Of a stretch of DNA of 59,184 bases, positions 12,801 to 21,055 are shown piece after piece. Source of the stretch: Clostridia bacterium (GTDB lineage: Bacteria; Bacillota; Clostridia; Christensenellales; UBA1242); NCBI GenBank assembly GCA_045596905.1, contig JAZODG010000016.1:1-59184 (forward strand). Reading direction: 5' to 3'. Position numbers and translations under genes: made by a program. Each line of letters begins with the position of its first letter. Positions within the stretch are counted from its first letter, which is position 1. The notes under the pieces are model-generated. The model was given only the letters and a program-made list of their open reading frames with translations, did not search any database and was not told the origin of the DNA.

Positions 12801-13103
12801 TGTGAAGAGTGGGGTGAATGCACCGTTGTAATATTCAAGCAAATTAAATTTATTGTTGCTGGTTGAAACATAGTTTGTTAAACCAGAAGGATAGTTTGCT
12901 GTGAACTTGTCAGAAGTTGTTGTTGATGTTGTTGGATAGTAAACATACTTTTGTTCTGACTTGTAAGCATTTGCACTCTTGTTTAAATGGTTTGACACTG
13001 CAAGAATTGGAGTTGAGTTAAATGTAAGTGTCAACAAAATAGCAAGACAAATACTTGCAAATGACTTTTTGTTTTTTTCTTTTCTGTATAATTTATTTTT
13101 CAT
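6885..13103 (-). CDS. Giant (about 2,072 aa) surface protein with signal peptide, Tyr-rich repeats, CBM-like modules and C-terminal TM anchor
   Basis: AGGTGG RBS precedes the ATG at 13103; N-terminal signal; C-terminal TM (WATFFYIFSSLLLVLTMAVALVAVIL) with Lys-rich tail; internal repeats. Confidence 0.85.
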   Translation of the reverse strand: MKNKLYRKEKNKKSFASICLAILLTLTFNSTPILAVSNHLNKSANAYKSEQKYVYYPTTSTTTSDKFTANYPSGLTNYVSTSNNKFNLLEYYNGAFTPLFTKYADRFFAEYYVTDKADYTEQVAKFLSEHFDAADTPTVSKFYELKKTEYPAQKTIRDFVEYFAMNDMQATDAANSVPKLCETKTEFYQRFFDFIYRQVDGKGTYGDFPADDGLTADTTNEQFYDKSVAYNKVKERLDSEIAKEVAIVSHDGTTQNVNVAAIIAKEAPTFLNYNYTDKSYTSYYKITTDANFVEKSVNNIAKTEVFYFGNLTNIASNPAYTNNSEYFTTTVAKEDADLMYYYPITKTTDFGYIGTGNLQTYYKYTKNPYAQSNSKYLVYVLDDTPTTAELDTISSLHYNHITSEDINSLKGIINGEEKSLYIQVPYENDELYFKSVYNNSLYNKNYSFEKFVELFAPSGVSKLYLKFNSTVTYKVYVDSTKLEAFNTSYPTYPYIVEGVNINEHDYIKIESSSNYFRNDYELYFERTKEYFTETKTTYTSTYETVTDAEVNYKTGMVPATTYDGNLYGIALDGGDDATLTSKGIEVLTQEQLDEAKKYFVSAPVYRYEDTDLSEENYALYYKHAQVSKPILYVVDDNVDAKESAIYETLNFEIISTNYLKSEYVNFNPVAEGDANYNKHYNLYYRYDRAPITSQVYVLNDNETISEEQLAIYTTKGYKVIKSSELADYSIIVEDDANYDANFTLYYKNENVFVQNLLTGTNALYIVDDNVTNTDKTSYGPKSYIPISSSELKDNATYYKLLGSYDTNYSTSNTKLYYKYLSSETPRKVVCTANDIDTNAAGFDKKVFELITNADPINYEAGVDKYYKRITTTTETNTTKNSTYYYVSPELSLAANSYYAISFYANTSINVEASVYLKDSSNVMSEIAIEKISTNGAWQQYYMFISTDSVSASKANLYFYLGNKTSIAGSKTSLLEYKVVAANTEYSKTTTYYTYDSANEKYNVYSYNAEDWNDGRLKSTVTLYVVPTVSGSALFNEIKVINIGVTDFNKKSIDEVKVQSTPLTEIPVGETEPVEVPNKYADEFNNELILVNALKDTDAQYNASNKFDYKTQAEVDMFDEDMFNFEDDTLQTILDSDSLAKIDKNTTGYTMYENMTTLWRYYISRDSKIDYSIEQFRQAYNNGDLDVEITNIIEKTKVDEDEEEAEEDKKDDKKDVVYVESPFQDENFALKLTNKNTNTALGVTSNRFTVRRMDYLKITVWVYSPDKDGKAKIDINSVQETKNEPTYGSLRTASISIDANTSAYTNAVVNEYGWMPVYLYVEGNALKDQDCYLVLSAGKDSTVYFDNIKIERITSALYDTASSDSDNKTCALSLSPSSSLISTGVTNGNFDLINVTNRDVPNDNELKTAESWTAVGGNSKSVKAGIMSLKNTGYFATLSSSFATKPPVDGIDTFSNIYVINAPVNYTAITGETISNYKSTYKMYSASISLSANSVYELSFKFYKTPEFNGTLVSNIYSNSKLTSEYYIMGMTLESSEIESGWQTYTYYIATSSSSTSVYLEIGVEDAYGASFFKSVSCIKSTKTYDAIKDQVYTDANITSSNTENIYEVIKTARFVNFTEPQFSIHSNNSKEDSVAYDQSEFTHTLTNTNLYTVGSNGTVVATYYDKESVTTYSVTIDKVTYYIGEVYEVVISDTTYYVHRTFNGTTNKYVYKLYSDAELTTELTKIGEDTFKINATASGVEVVMATTYASTKTSYRLYKYSDCTEEVKTISDKTVSVPSLDKVVLGAEEDDNSHTSAKETKNSYVYHFGTKDIELNNVVIPAEELENTYSENVLILANSYSSDYQLITQKYKNSITKGSFVAVRIYVKTSDFESDSVGLNIKINALSASWTNINTTDATNADKNGFVCYEVLVKTNSTDAVSNIAIDFSIGEATDKTSKTCAGYAIIAGVEFVSYPNAEEFDHYVEVAEQNETTIKKFYDEKATSTKTEETEEADDKNSVSWATFFYIFSSLLLVLTMAVALVAVILKKHPIKFAKKYKNDHEKDIEIIKVKKSKERDTVDELSNKNKDGIL

Positions 13104-13254
13104 ATAAACCACCTAATTTAGCATTATTTATAAAACCATTACAATTTTAGTATATTTCGAAGAAAAAATCAACCTTTTCCTGAAAAAACCCCATAAAATA
13201 CTTTTATGACAATATAAGTTAACATAAATAATAAATATCAATAAAAAACGTGCA

Positions 13255-13283
13255 GAATAAATGTTCAGCTTAAACACATACTA
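13255..13283 (+). promoter_or_regulatory. Putative sigma-G-type promoter
   Basis: GAATA-N17-CATACTA ending 5 nt before the ATG at 13289; no SD present. Confidence 0.45.
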
Positions 13284-13288
13284 CTAGC

Positions 13289-13660
13289 ATGAAAAAACCG
13301 AAAAAAAAGGAAGTGTTTTTGTTGTGCTTAGCAGGACTATTTTCAGGTGTAGTTAATGGTTTTTTTGGAGCCGGTTCAGGACTAATTTTAGTTCCACTCA
13401 TAAAAATTATTTACAAATTAGATGAAAAACAAACCCATGCAACAACACTTGTTTGTGTTATGTTTTCATGTCTATTTTCGTCGGTGGTTTATCTAGTAAA
13501 CAAGCAGGTTGATTTTGGATTGATTTTGTGGTGTTTGATTGGAAGCGTTATTGGTGGAGTAACGGGAACGGTGTGTTTAAAAAAACTAAAAAATAAGATT
13601 ATTGATTTGATATTTTCAATTGTTTTGATTGGTGCAGGAGTTGTTATGATTCTTGTATAA
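13289..13660 (+). CDS. Half-size TauE/SafE family membrane protein
   Basis: GLFSGVVNGFFGAGSGLILVP and AHAT-like (THATT) motifs. Confidence 0.85.
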   Translation: MKKPKKKEVFLLCLAGLFSGVVNGFFGAGSGLILVPLIKIIYKLDEKQTHATTLVCVMFSCLFSSVVYLVNKQVDFGLILWCLIGSVIGGVTGTVCLKKLKNKIIDLIFSIVLIGAGVVMILV

Positions 13661-13724
13661 AAACGCAAAATAGATTCAAAATAAATGAAAAAACATATAA
13701 AAACACGCAAAAAGGAGAAATATT

Positions 13725-14105
13725 TTGCATTTTTTATTTTTGGTTATAGCTGGTATAGTGTCTGGAATTTTTGCTGGAATGGGTATGGGTGGTGGAACTT
13801 TTTTGGTTCCTATTTTAAGCGTGATATTTGGATATGAGCAAATTATTTGCCAATCAACCAATGTGATTTGTTTTGTTTTTTTGGCTGTAATATGTGCTGT
13901 GATTTACACCAAAAATAAGCTTGTAAATTTTTATGTTGTTTTGTGTGTTTGCATTCCATCGATTTTGATTTCTGTTATCTGCACTGTTTTTGCACTTAAA
14001 ATTAAGTCGTCAATTTTGCATACAATTTTCGCTTGTTTCGTCATTGGAATAGGTGTGTATTTTTTGGTTCAAAATGTCGTTTCTCTGATTAAGAAAAAGA
14101 GATAA
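13725..14105 (+). CDS. Half-size TauE/SafE family membrane protein
   Basis: GIVSGIFAGMGMGGGTFLVP, Q..Q.TN; TTG start after AAGGAG. Confidence 0.85.
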   Translation: MHFLFLVIAGIVSGIFAGMGMGGGTFLVPILSVIFGYEQIICQSTNVICFVFLAVICAVIYTKNKLVNFYVVLCVCIPSILISVICTVFALKIKSSILHTIFACFVIGIGVYFLVQNVVSLIKKKR

Positions 14106-14189
14106 AATATCCTAATAGCCCCTTTTTCGTTTTACTTTATATTATTTTTTTGATAATATATTAATGTATAATATTATAGGGGTTTAATC

Positions 14190-15509
14190 GTGGGATTTGT
14201 TGGATTTAGAGGGATTTATCCTTTTATGAAAAAAATGACCGTTGGGTCAGACTTAAAACAGCTTAAGCCTGTTAGTTTTTATAACGTGCCACTTAAGGTT
14301 CAGAACATCGTTGAGTCTGAGCCTGTTGTTGCTGTCGGCGACACTGTTAAACAAGGAACTTTGCTTGCAAAACCTGCAGGTAAGGTTGGCATTAATATTT
14401 ATTCACCGGTTGAAGGTAAAATTTTGAACATCGTTAAAAAGATGACTTCCTTTGGTGAATATGCAAAGCACGTGCTTATCATGAGAACTGAAAAGGAAGA
14501 AGATGCATCAGTTGAACTTCCTGCACTTGAGTCAATGAGTGATATGAACCTTATTGCAAGACTTCGTGATGCAGGTATTGTTGACCATGTGCTTAATATT
14601 CCAGCACATTTGAAATATTCTTATATCGGGGCAAGGTCATACAAACACTTGCTTGTTTTGCTTGATTCAACAGACCCAAATAATTCTGCTTATCAAACAA
14701 TCACAGAGTTTAGAATGGAAGAGGTTGTTAACGGTGCAAAATATTTCATGAACATAACAGGTGTTTCAAATGTTACATTTGTTTTCACTGAAGCAAACTT
14801 TAAGTTAGCAAACAGACTCAAAAAACATATTCAAGAATCTAAGAAAGATTATGATTTCAAGATTAAGTTTTTGCCAAACAAATATCCTTTTGATAATCCA
14901 CATATCTTGGCAAAAGTTATTTTGAGAAAAAATATCAATGAAGATAGTTCGTTCTTGAAAGAAGGTATTGCAATTGAAACAGCTGAGTCATGCTATAACT
15001 TTTGTCGTGCTGTTGAATTTAATAAGCCGGTTATCAGCAAAGTTATTACTGTTGATGGAACAAATATTTTAAGACCTGGAAACTACATTGTGCCAAACGG
15101 AATGTCTTATCAAAATGTTATTGATGAAGCCGGTATTGATAATTTAGAAACAAAGTCACAGCTTATTGATGGAAATATTCTTTCAGGAACTGCTCAATAT
15201 AGCATGGAACTTTCAATTTCATTGTTAACACAAACATTGCTTCTCATGAAGCATGATATTCTTCAAGATTTTAAAGAGAGTCCTTGTATTTCATGTGGCA
15301 AGTGCGTTTCTGTTTGTCCAATGTTCTTGAACCCTACAAGACTTGATGAAACATATCAAAGTGAAGATTATGAAAAACTTGAAAAATTAAACATACATTC
15401 ATGCATTGAATGTGGTTGCTGTTCATATGTTTGTCCGTCAAAGAGATTTTTGACTCAAAGAATTGCTGCCGGAAAGCGTTTTGATAGAGAAAGAAGGAAT
15501 AGGGGGTAG
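14190..15509 (+). CDS. rnfC: RnfC-like subunit (divergent)
   Basis: N-terminal 'V.VGD.VK.G.LLA...IYSPVEGKI', KYP, SLBB region and two intact [4Fe-4S] motifs (CISCGKCVSVCP, CIECGCCSYVCP); Gly-rich FMN/NADH loop missing. Confidence 0.85.
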   Translation: MGFVGFRGIYPFMKKMTVGSDLKQLKPVSFYNVPLKVQNIVESEPVVAVGDTVKQGTLLAKPAGKVGINIYSPVEGKILNIVKKMTSFGEYAKHVLIMRTEKEEDASVELPALESMSDMNLIARLRDAGIVDHVLNIPAHLKYSYIGARSYKHLLVLLDSTDPNNSAYQTITEFRMEEVVNGAKYFMNITGVSNVTFVFTEANFKLANRLKKHIQESKKDYDFKIKFLPNKYPFDNPHILAKVILRKNINEDSSFLKEGIAIETAESCYNFCRAVEFNKPVISKVITVDGTNILRPGNYIVPNGMSYQNVIDEAGIDNLETKSQLIDGNILSGTAQYSMELSISLLTQTLLLMKHDILQDFKESPCISCGKCVSVCPMFLNPTRLDETYQSEDYEKLEKLNIHSCIECGCCSYVCPSKRFLTQRIAAGKRFDRERRNRG

Positions 15510-15511
15510 GT

Positions 15512-16441
15512 ATGGATAAATTTGTAGTTTCTTATGCTCCATTTGCAAGATCTGATAATGACACTAACAAAATGTTTTTGTATATTGCATGTGTGCTAAT
15601 ACTTCCTGCTATTTACGGTATGATGTTCTTTGGTGTGCAGGCATTGTTTGTGCTTTTGGTATCAATCATTGCATGTCTTATTTCAGAAATGTTCTATAAC
15701 TTTTTAACAAAAGGGCTCATGTCTGTTCAAGGTGCTTCAACAATTGTTACTGGTTTAATTTTAGGCTTGACCATGCCTGTAAATATGCCAATTGGGATTG
15801 TTGGTCTGAGTGCATTCATTGCAGTGTTTATCACAAAAATGGCGTTTGGTGGACTTGGTAAAAATAAGCTTAACCCAGCACTTGTTGGTCGTCTTTTTGC
15901 TGGTTTCTTCTCATCATTCATGGCAACAAACTTTTATAGTTTGGTTCACAAGGGTGAAGTTTTAGTTTCATTGTCACAAGGGGGAACCAACACCATCACA
16001 AATCTTCTTGCTGGAAATGCCGTTGGTGGAATTGGAACAACCAGTATATTGCTTATTTTGCTAGGCCTTGCATTTTTGATTTATTCTGAAGTTTTGGATT
16101 GGAAGATTCCAACCCTTGCAATTTTATCTTATCTTTTTGCTGCTGTTGCCGTTGCTGGTGTTGAATCTGCAGTGCTTAACTTGTGTTCAGGTTCGTTTGT
16201 ATTTGTGGCTTGCTTTATGATGACTGATCCAAACACTTCACCAAATTCATTTATTGGAAAGGTGATTTATTCTGTAGCATTTGGTGCACTTTCTGCTGTG
16301 GTATGGAACCTTGGGTATCTTGGAGAAGATACTGTTTTTGTTGTGGCTCTCATTGTTAACTTGTTTGTTCCTGCTCTTGATAAGTATTTGATTTTCAATC
16401 ATAAACCATTAGGGGGTTATAGAAATGCACATAAAAACTAA
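15512..16441 (+). CDS. rnfD: RnfD-like membrane subunit (divergent)
   Basis: FGGLGKNKLNPALVGR and FMMTDPNTSP; no (S/T)GATP flavinylation motif. Confidence 0.88.
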   Translation: MDKFVVSYAPFARSDNDTNKMFLYIACVLILPAIYGMMFFGVQALFVLLVSIIACLISEMFYNFLTKGLMSVQGASTIVTGLILGLTMPVNMPIGIVGLSAFIAVFITKMAFGGLGKNKLNPALVGRLFAGFFSSFMATNFYSLVHKGEVLVSLSQGGTNTITNLLAGNAVGGIGTTSILLILLGLAFLIYSEVLDWKIPTLAILSYLFAAVAVAGVESAVLNLCSGSFVFVACFMMTDPNTSPNSFIGKVIYSVAFGALSAVVWNLGYLGEDTVFVVALIVNLFVPALDKYLIFNHKPLGGYRNAHKN

Positions 16442-17306
16442 TGTCGAATTAAGTTCTGTTCAAATTGCTATTTTAGCAATCTGTCCACTTATCACAGTTG
16501 TTGGCACTGTTATTGATGCGCTTTATTTTATGGCTGGAACTGCAATTTGCTTGTTGATTTCACAGCTGTTTTGCTGGATATTCAATAAGTATATGGGCAA
16601 CGCCGTGAAGATTTTTGTGTGCGCATTAACTTCTTCATTTGTGGTGGTTATGGGTTCATATGTTGCAAGAGAAATCTTTAGTTTAACACTCAACGAAAAT
16701 ATTTACTTTATTATTTTCTCATCAGTTGTTATGAGCTCTGACTTTATTTATTTCAGACACAAAGCTGCTATCAATCACACAATTATAAACTTTATTAAAG
16801 TTGTTTTAATCTATTCATTAATCTTATTTGTTTTTGCTTTATTAAAAGAATTTTTAACACTTGGAACAGTGTTTGCTGCTAAACTTTTTGGATATGATGG
16901 CTATGGATTTTTTGATACAGTTGCATCTGATTTCTTGCTTCTTGGTATGCTTTGTGTGTTGTTTGATATCTTATTTAGATGGATTGATAAACAACTTGAA
17001 AACAAGAGCATCAAATATCAAAAATATATCAAAACAATTAGAGATGAAAAGGCTTTCCAATATGATTCATTGCGTAGACAAAACTTGCTTGTAAATGATA
17101 TTGAAATCAATAATATGAATGCTAAAGAAGCAGAAAAAATCATTCAAAAAACTTCAGAAAATGAAACAATCACTTCAGTTGAAGAAGTTTTGAATGAAGA
17201 AACTCATGACGAAGTTGCTGAACTTGAAGCAAAAGAAGAGCAAGAAGAAAAGAAAAATGAAATGAAGAAGTCTAAAAAATCTGGCAAAAAGGGAGGTAAG
17301 TCATAA
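16425..17306 (+). CDS. rnfE: RnfE-like membrane subunit with charged C-terminal extension
   Basis: LAICPLITV, KEFLTLGT, position in operon. Confidence 0.75.
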   Translation: MHIKTNVELSSVQIAILAICPLITVVGTVIDALYFMAGTAICLLISQLFCWIFNKYMGNAVKIFVCALTSSFVVVMGSYVAREIFSLTLNENIYFIIFSSVVMSSDFIYFRHKAAINHTIINFIKVVLIYSLILFVFALLKEFLTLGTVFAAKLFGYDGYGFFDTVASDFLLLGMLCVLFDILFRWIDKQLENKSIKYQKYIKTIRDEKAFQYDSLRRQNLLVNDIEINNMNAKEAEKIIQKTSENETITSVEEVLNEETHDEVAELEAKEEQEEKKNEMKKSKKSGKKGGKS

Positions 17307-17884
17307 TGTTTGATGTTTTACTTTCATCGCTTGTTAATGTCGGAGTTGAGTCAAATATAGTTGCAGGAAATGGTGCTGGACCACTTATTTTTACAAGAGA
17401 AAAACAATATGGAATGTTTAGATATCTCAGCATTTTGTTCTTGATTTTGGGTGTATGCTTGTGTTCAGTTGCAATGTACTTTTTAGAAAAATTTGTTCTA
17501 ACAAAATTTGACTTATTAGAATTTAAAATTTGTATTGTTGTGTTGCTTGCTGGTTTATATAACTTGCTTGTTACATTCATTTGGAAAAAATCTTCATATT
17601 TTGGAAGATATTTGTATGCATCATCATGTGGTTATGCGTTTGATTTGGTGTTTACAGTTTATGTTGTCATGACCATGAATATGGCTTTAGAAATAGCTCC
17701 ATTTTTGATGGGCTTGGTTGCAATCGCCATCGTTCTTTTGATTATGAATGTGGTTGTTGGTATCTTTGTTGATAGCATTAATAGGTCAAGTTTGAATGTT
17801 AATTTCAGAAATATTTCAGCAAGATTGTTCTTGTTTGCTATCATTGCAATGTTACTTTATTATCTTAAGTTTATTGTAGCGTAA
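17306..17884 (+). CDS. rnfA: RnfA-like membrane subunit (divergent)
   Basis: 192 aa, 6 TM, between rnfE and rnfB; the canonical GLCP and TNC Cys motifs are absent. Confidence 0.6.
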   Translation: MFDVLLSSLVNVGVESNIVAGNGAGPLIFTREKQYGMFRYLSILFLILGVCLCSVAMYFLEKFVLTKFDLLEFKICIVVLLAGLYNLLVTFIWKKSSYFGRYLYASSCGYAFDLVFTVYVVMTMNMALEIAPFLMGLVAIAIVLLIMNVVVGIFVDSINRSSLNVNFRNISARLFLFAIIAMLLYYLKFIVA

Positions 17885-17894
17885 GGAGAAAATT

Positions 17895-18680
17895 ATGTTA
17901 AAAATGATTATTTTTTCTGTAGCTTTTGTGTTTGTGCTTCTGACCACTGTTGTGGTGTCAATGCTTGTTAGCAAAAGCAGGAAATTAAACAAGGTTGCAG
18001 AACTAATTAGAGAGCTTTTGCCGGGACTTAATTGTGGTCAATGTGGAAGACAAACCTGTGCTAAGTTTGCAGTTGAGATTTCAAAAGGTAAGACAAGTGT
18101 AAACGAATGTCCTTATACTGTTGGAACCAAAAATTATAAAAGAATCCGTCAAATTGCAAAAAAAGAAAGAAAGGTTATGTTTGACACGGTTGCATTTGTA
18201 AAGTGTAAAGGTGGAAGAGATTGTCAAAATAAGTTTGATTATCATGGTGACCAATCTTGTGCATCAAAAGATATTTTGCATAGTGGTGAAAAGGCTTGTC
18301 CTTATGCTTGTCTTGGTTGTGGAGATTGTGCAAAAGCCTGTGTTTATGGTGCAATTTCAATCTCTGATAAGGGTTGTGCTGTAGTGGACCCAATCAAGTG
18401 TACGGGTTGTGGAGAATGCACATTTGCGTGTCCAAACAAATTAATTTCACTTATTCCTAGCAACAAGTATGTTGAAGTTGTTTGTAAAAACAGTTCAGAC
18501 GATTCAACCATAACTAGAAACTGTTCTGTGTCATGCAATCACTGTGAAGCATGTGTTGTTGCGTGTCCATATGGTGCAATTCAAATGGTTGGTGGACTTC
18601 CTAATATTGATATGTCAAAATGTAGGAAGTGTGGAAAGTGTGTTGCAGCTTGTCCAAACCATGTTATATCAAGAATTTAG
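17895..18680 (+). CDS. rnfB: RnfB polyferredoxin subunit
   Basis: LPGLNCGQCG...C...CP, AFVKCKGG, CLGCGDC and several CxxCxxCxxxCP motifs. Confidence 0.92.
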   Translation: MLKMIIFSVAFVFVLLTTVVVSMLVSKSRKLNKVAELIRELLPGLNCGQCGRQTCAKFAVEISKGKTSVNECPYTVGTKNYKRIRQIAKKERKVMFDTVAFVKCKGGRDCQNKFDYHGDQSCASKDILHSGEKACPYACLGCGDCAKACVYGAISISDKGCAVVDPIKCTGCGECTFACPNKLISLIPSNKYVEVVCKNSSDDSTITRNCSVSCNHCEACVVACPYGAIQMVGGLPNIDMSKCRKCGKCVAACPNHVISRI

Positions 18681-18839
18681 ATTAAAATTGTCAAATGAAA
18701 AAATTTAATTTTTAGAGTTATAATTTTTTCATATAATGTTTTAATAAATAAAAATTATCTTTATATTCATATACATTTTTAAGTGTTTGTGATATAATAT
18801 CATCATAGTATTATTGTTTAAGTTTACAAGGAGTTTTTT

Positions 18840-20360
18840 ATGGATAAAATAGCTGTTGTTGTTGTTGAGACCTATACTGCAAAGTTGGTGATTGCCAACG
18901 TTGTTCAAGACAGTTTCTTTTCTATCTGCGATGTTGAAACAGAAACAATCCATGCTGGTTTGGAGATGGATGAAGACCATTTCTTAAAGAAAAATCAAAT
19001 TGCTGAAGTTATTAATATTTTAAAGAATTACAGAAAAATCTGTGATATGTATGCAGTAACAAAAACTATTGCAGTTGCAAGTTTTATCAAAGATTCAAAA
19101 CCAATGAATATTTATAGTTTCTTTGATGAAGTGTTTGTTACATGTGGTTTTAGATTCTCATTGCTTTCTGCAGAAGAACAAAACACTGCAATCTATACTG
19201 GTATCATGAATAGTTATGATATTCCAAAGGGTGTTATTGTTAGCGTTGGTGCAGACAATATTCATATTGTTCATTACAATAGAAGAAATATCCTTAATCA
19301 AGCGTATATTCCAGTTGGACCAAGAACTCTTATTAATATGTATCAAATTGATAAGCTTGGAAAAGATGAAGTTTTTGAAAAGGTTGAAAAATATATCAAA
19401 TCTCAGCTTTCAGACTTTGAATGGCTTAAGACAATTGAACCTGAATATACATTTGTTGGTTGTGGTTCTTATTTTGAAGACCTTTCAACAATGGATAGAA
19501 TCTATAAGAAATATGCACTTGATAAAGATGATGGTTATGTGTTCCAAAGCGAAGATGTTGCTTATATTTTAAATCAAATCAAAGCGCTTACACTTAATGA
19601 AAATAAGAAGCTTAAAAACCTTCATGAAGGCAGAGCAGACGTGTTTGCATATGCTGTTCAAATCATGAAAACAATTGTTGAAGAAGTTGGAAAAGAAACA
19701 ATCACAATTTCAACAAGATCTATGATTGAAGGTTTCTTGTTTAATAGTGTTACACCAACAACAATTGAAAAACCAAATTCTGATATCTTAGGTTTTTCTG
19801 TTATGGCTCAAACAGCAGAGTATGAAGCTGATTCAACAAAACATAACGAACAAGTTTACAACTTATCAATGCTTTTGTTTAAACAATTAAGAGTTTTGCA
19901 TAAGTTGCCAAGGGGTTATGTGAAAGTTTTGAGAGTTGCATCATATATGCATGATGTTGGTAAGAGAATAAGTTATCATAGACATGCAAATCACTCATTT
20001 GAAGTTATCTTGAATAGTGAAATCTATGGTTTAACACACCGTGAACTTATTTTGGCAAGCTTTGTTGCATCACTTCACTCAGGTGGTGAAATCAAAATGA
20101 GTGAGTGGGCAAAATATAATGGTATTTTGACAGTTGAAGATGTTGATGCTGTTAAGAAACTTGGTGTTATTTTGAGACTTGCTGAATGTTTTGACAGAAC
20201 GAAAAATAGTGTTATTTGTGATATCAATTGTGATATCTTGGGTGACTCAGTTATTATGAAAACAATCACTGTTGATGATGCATCATTTGAAATTCAACGT
20301 GGTATGGAAGTTGGCCGTGATTTTGAAAAGGTATTCCACAAGAAAATTGAAATTTTATAA
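18840..20360 (+). CDS. Ppx/GppA-family protein with C-terminal HD domain (ASKHA motifs degenerate)
   Basis: Ppx layout (GRADV, MIEGFLF, HDVGKRISYHRHANHS, GLTHRE); DxGSNS and DIGGGSTE motifs lost. Confidence 0.8.
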   Translation: MDKIAVVVVETYTAKLVIANVVQDSFFSICDVETETIHAGLEMDEDHFLKKNQIAEVINILKNYRKICDMYAVTKTIAVASFIKDSKPMNIYSFFDEVFVTCGFRFSLLSAEEQNTAIYTGIMNSYDIPKGVIVSVGADNIHIVHYNRRNILNQAYIPVGPRTLINMYQIDKLGKDEVFEKVEKYIKSQLSDFEWLKTIEPEYTFVGCGSYFEDLSTMDRIYKKYALDKDDGYVFQSEDVAYILNQIKALTLNENKKLKNLHEGRADVFAYAVQIMKTIVEEVGKETITISTRSMIEGFLFNSVTPTTIEKPNSDILGFSVMAQTAEYEADSTKHNEQVYNLSMLLFKQLRVLHKLPRGYVKVLRVASYMHDVGKRISYHRHANHSFEVILNSEIYGLTHRELILASFVASLHSGGEIKMSEWAKYNGILTVEDVDAVKKLGVILRLAECFDRTKNSVICDINCDILGDSVIMKTITVDDASFEIQRGMEVGRDFEKVFHKKIEIL

Positions 20361-20364
20361 TAAG

Positions 20365-20397
20365 AAAAAGGAAGGTTTTAAACCTTCCTTTTTTTGA
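20365..20397. terminator. Bidirectional terminator
   Basis: AAAAGGAAGGTTT-T-AAACCTTCCTTTTTTT between convergent genes. Confidence 0.85.
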
Positions 20398-20406
20398 TTA
20401 CATAAA

Positions 20407-21042
20407 TTATTGAATAATGAATGTTGCCACTTGTTCAAGTTCAACATTAACCATAAGTGGTGTTTCAACTTTGTTTCCAGATTCATCAAAGTAGAAATAT
20501 TGAATTTGCAAAACATGATTTCCATCTTCATTAACAAAAATGTTCTTTATAAAACTGAAATCGAAGTGTTCAGTATCAACCTTAACAAAATCACCAAATT
20601 CGTTTTGAGTGAAACAGGTGAATGTTGGGTTTTCATTTGAACCAGAAACAGAAATAAAATATTCATTTGTGCTGCTGTATGTGAAGTTGTCAATAATGAA
20701 TGTGTTAAAATTCTGTTTTGCTAAACAACTAAATACGCCGTTCATGTCTCTTGTATTAAAGAATGCTAAAACAGCATCTTTATTTTCATATGACAAATCA
20801 GCAAAAGATGGTGTTTTATTATATGAACAAATAACGTGCAAATTGTTTGTAATCATTCCTACATTGTCAGCTGTGTCATCTTTTTCAGAATCAATAACAA
20901 TGTTTTCAGTTGTTGGAATGTTTGTTGAGCCAACAAGTTGTTCAGAATTGTCTTTTTTGCAACCAACCAATGTGAATGCTGCCATTGATAACATGAAAAC
21001 AAATATCAATGATTTCATAATAAATTTATTAATATGTTTCAT
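20407..21042 (-). CDS. Hypothetical lipoprotein
   Basis: Signal peptide with lipobox LVGC. Confidence 0.7.
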   Translation of the reverse strand: MKHINKFIMKSLIFVFMLSMAAFTLVGCKKDNSEQLVGSTNIPTTENIVIDSEKDDTADNVGMITNNLHVICSYNKTPSFADLSYENKDAVLAFFNTRDMNGVFSCLAKQNFNTFIIDNFTYSSTNEYFISVSGSNENPTFTCFTQNEFGDFVKVDTEHFDFSFIKNIFVNEDGNHVLQIQYFYFDESGNKVETPLMVNVELEQVATFIIQ

Positions 21043-21055
21043 AACTAATATACCT

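Noticed and set aside
13660-13674. AAAACGCAAAATAGA also at about 55326, with partial copies near 13700 and 30375
   Set aside because: Short and A-rich in an AT-rich genome, with no consistent position or symmetry; likely chance.
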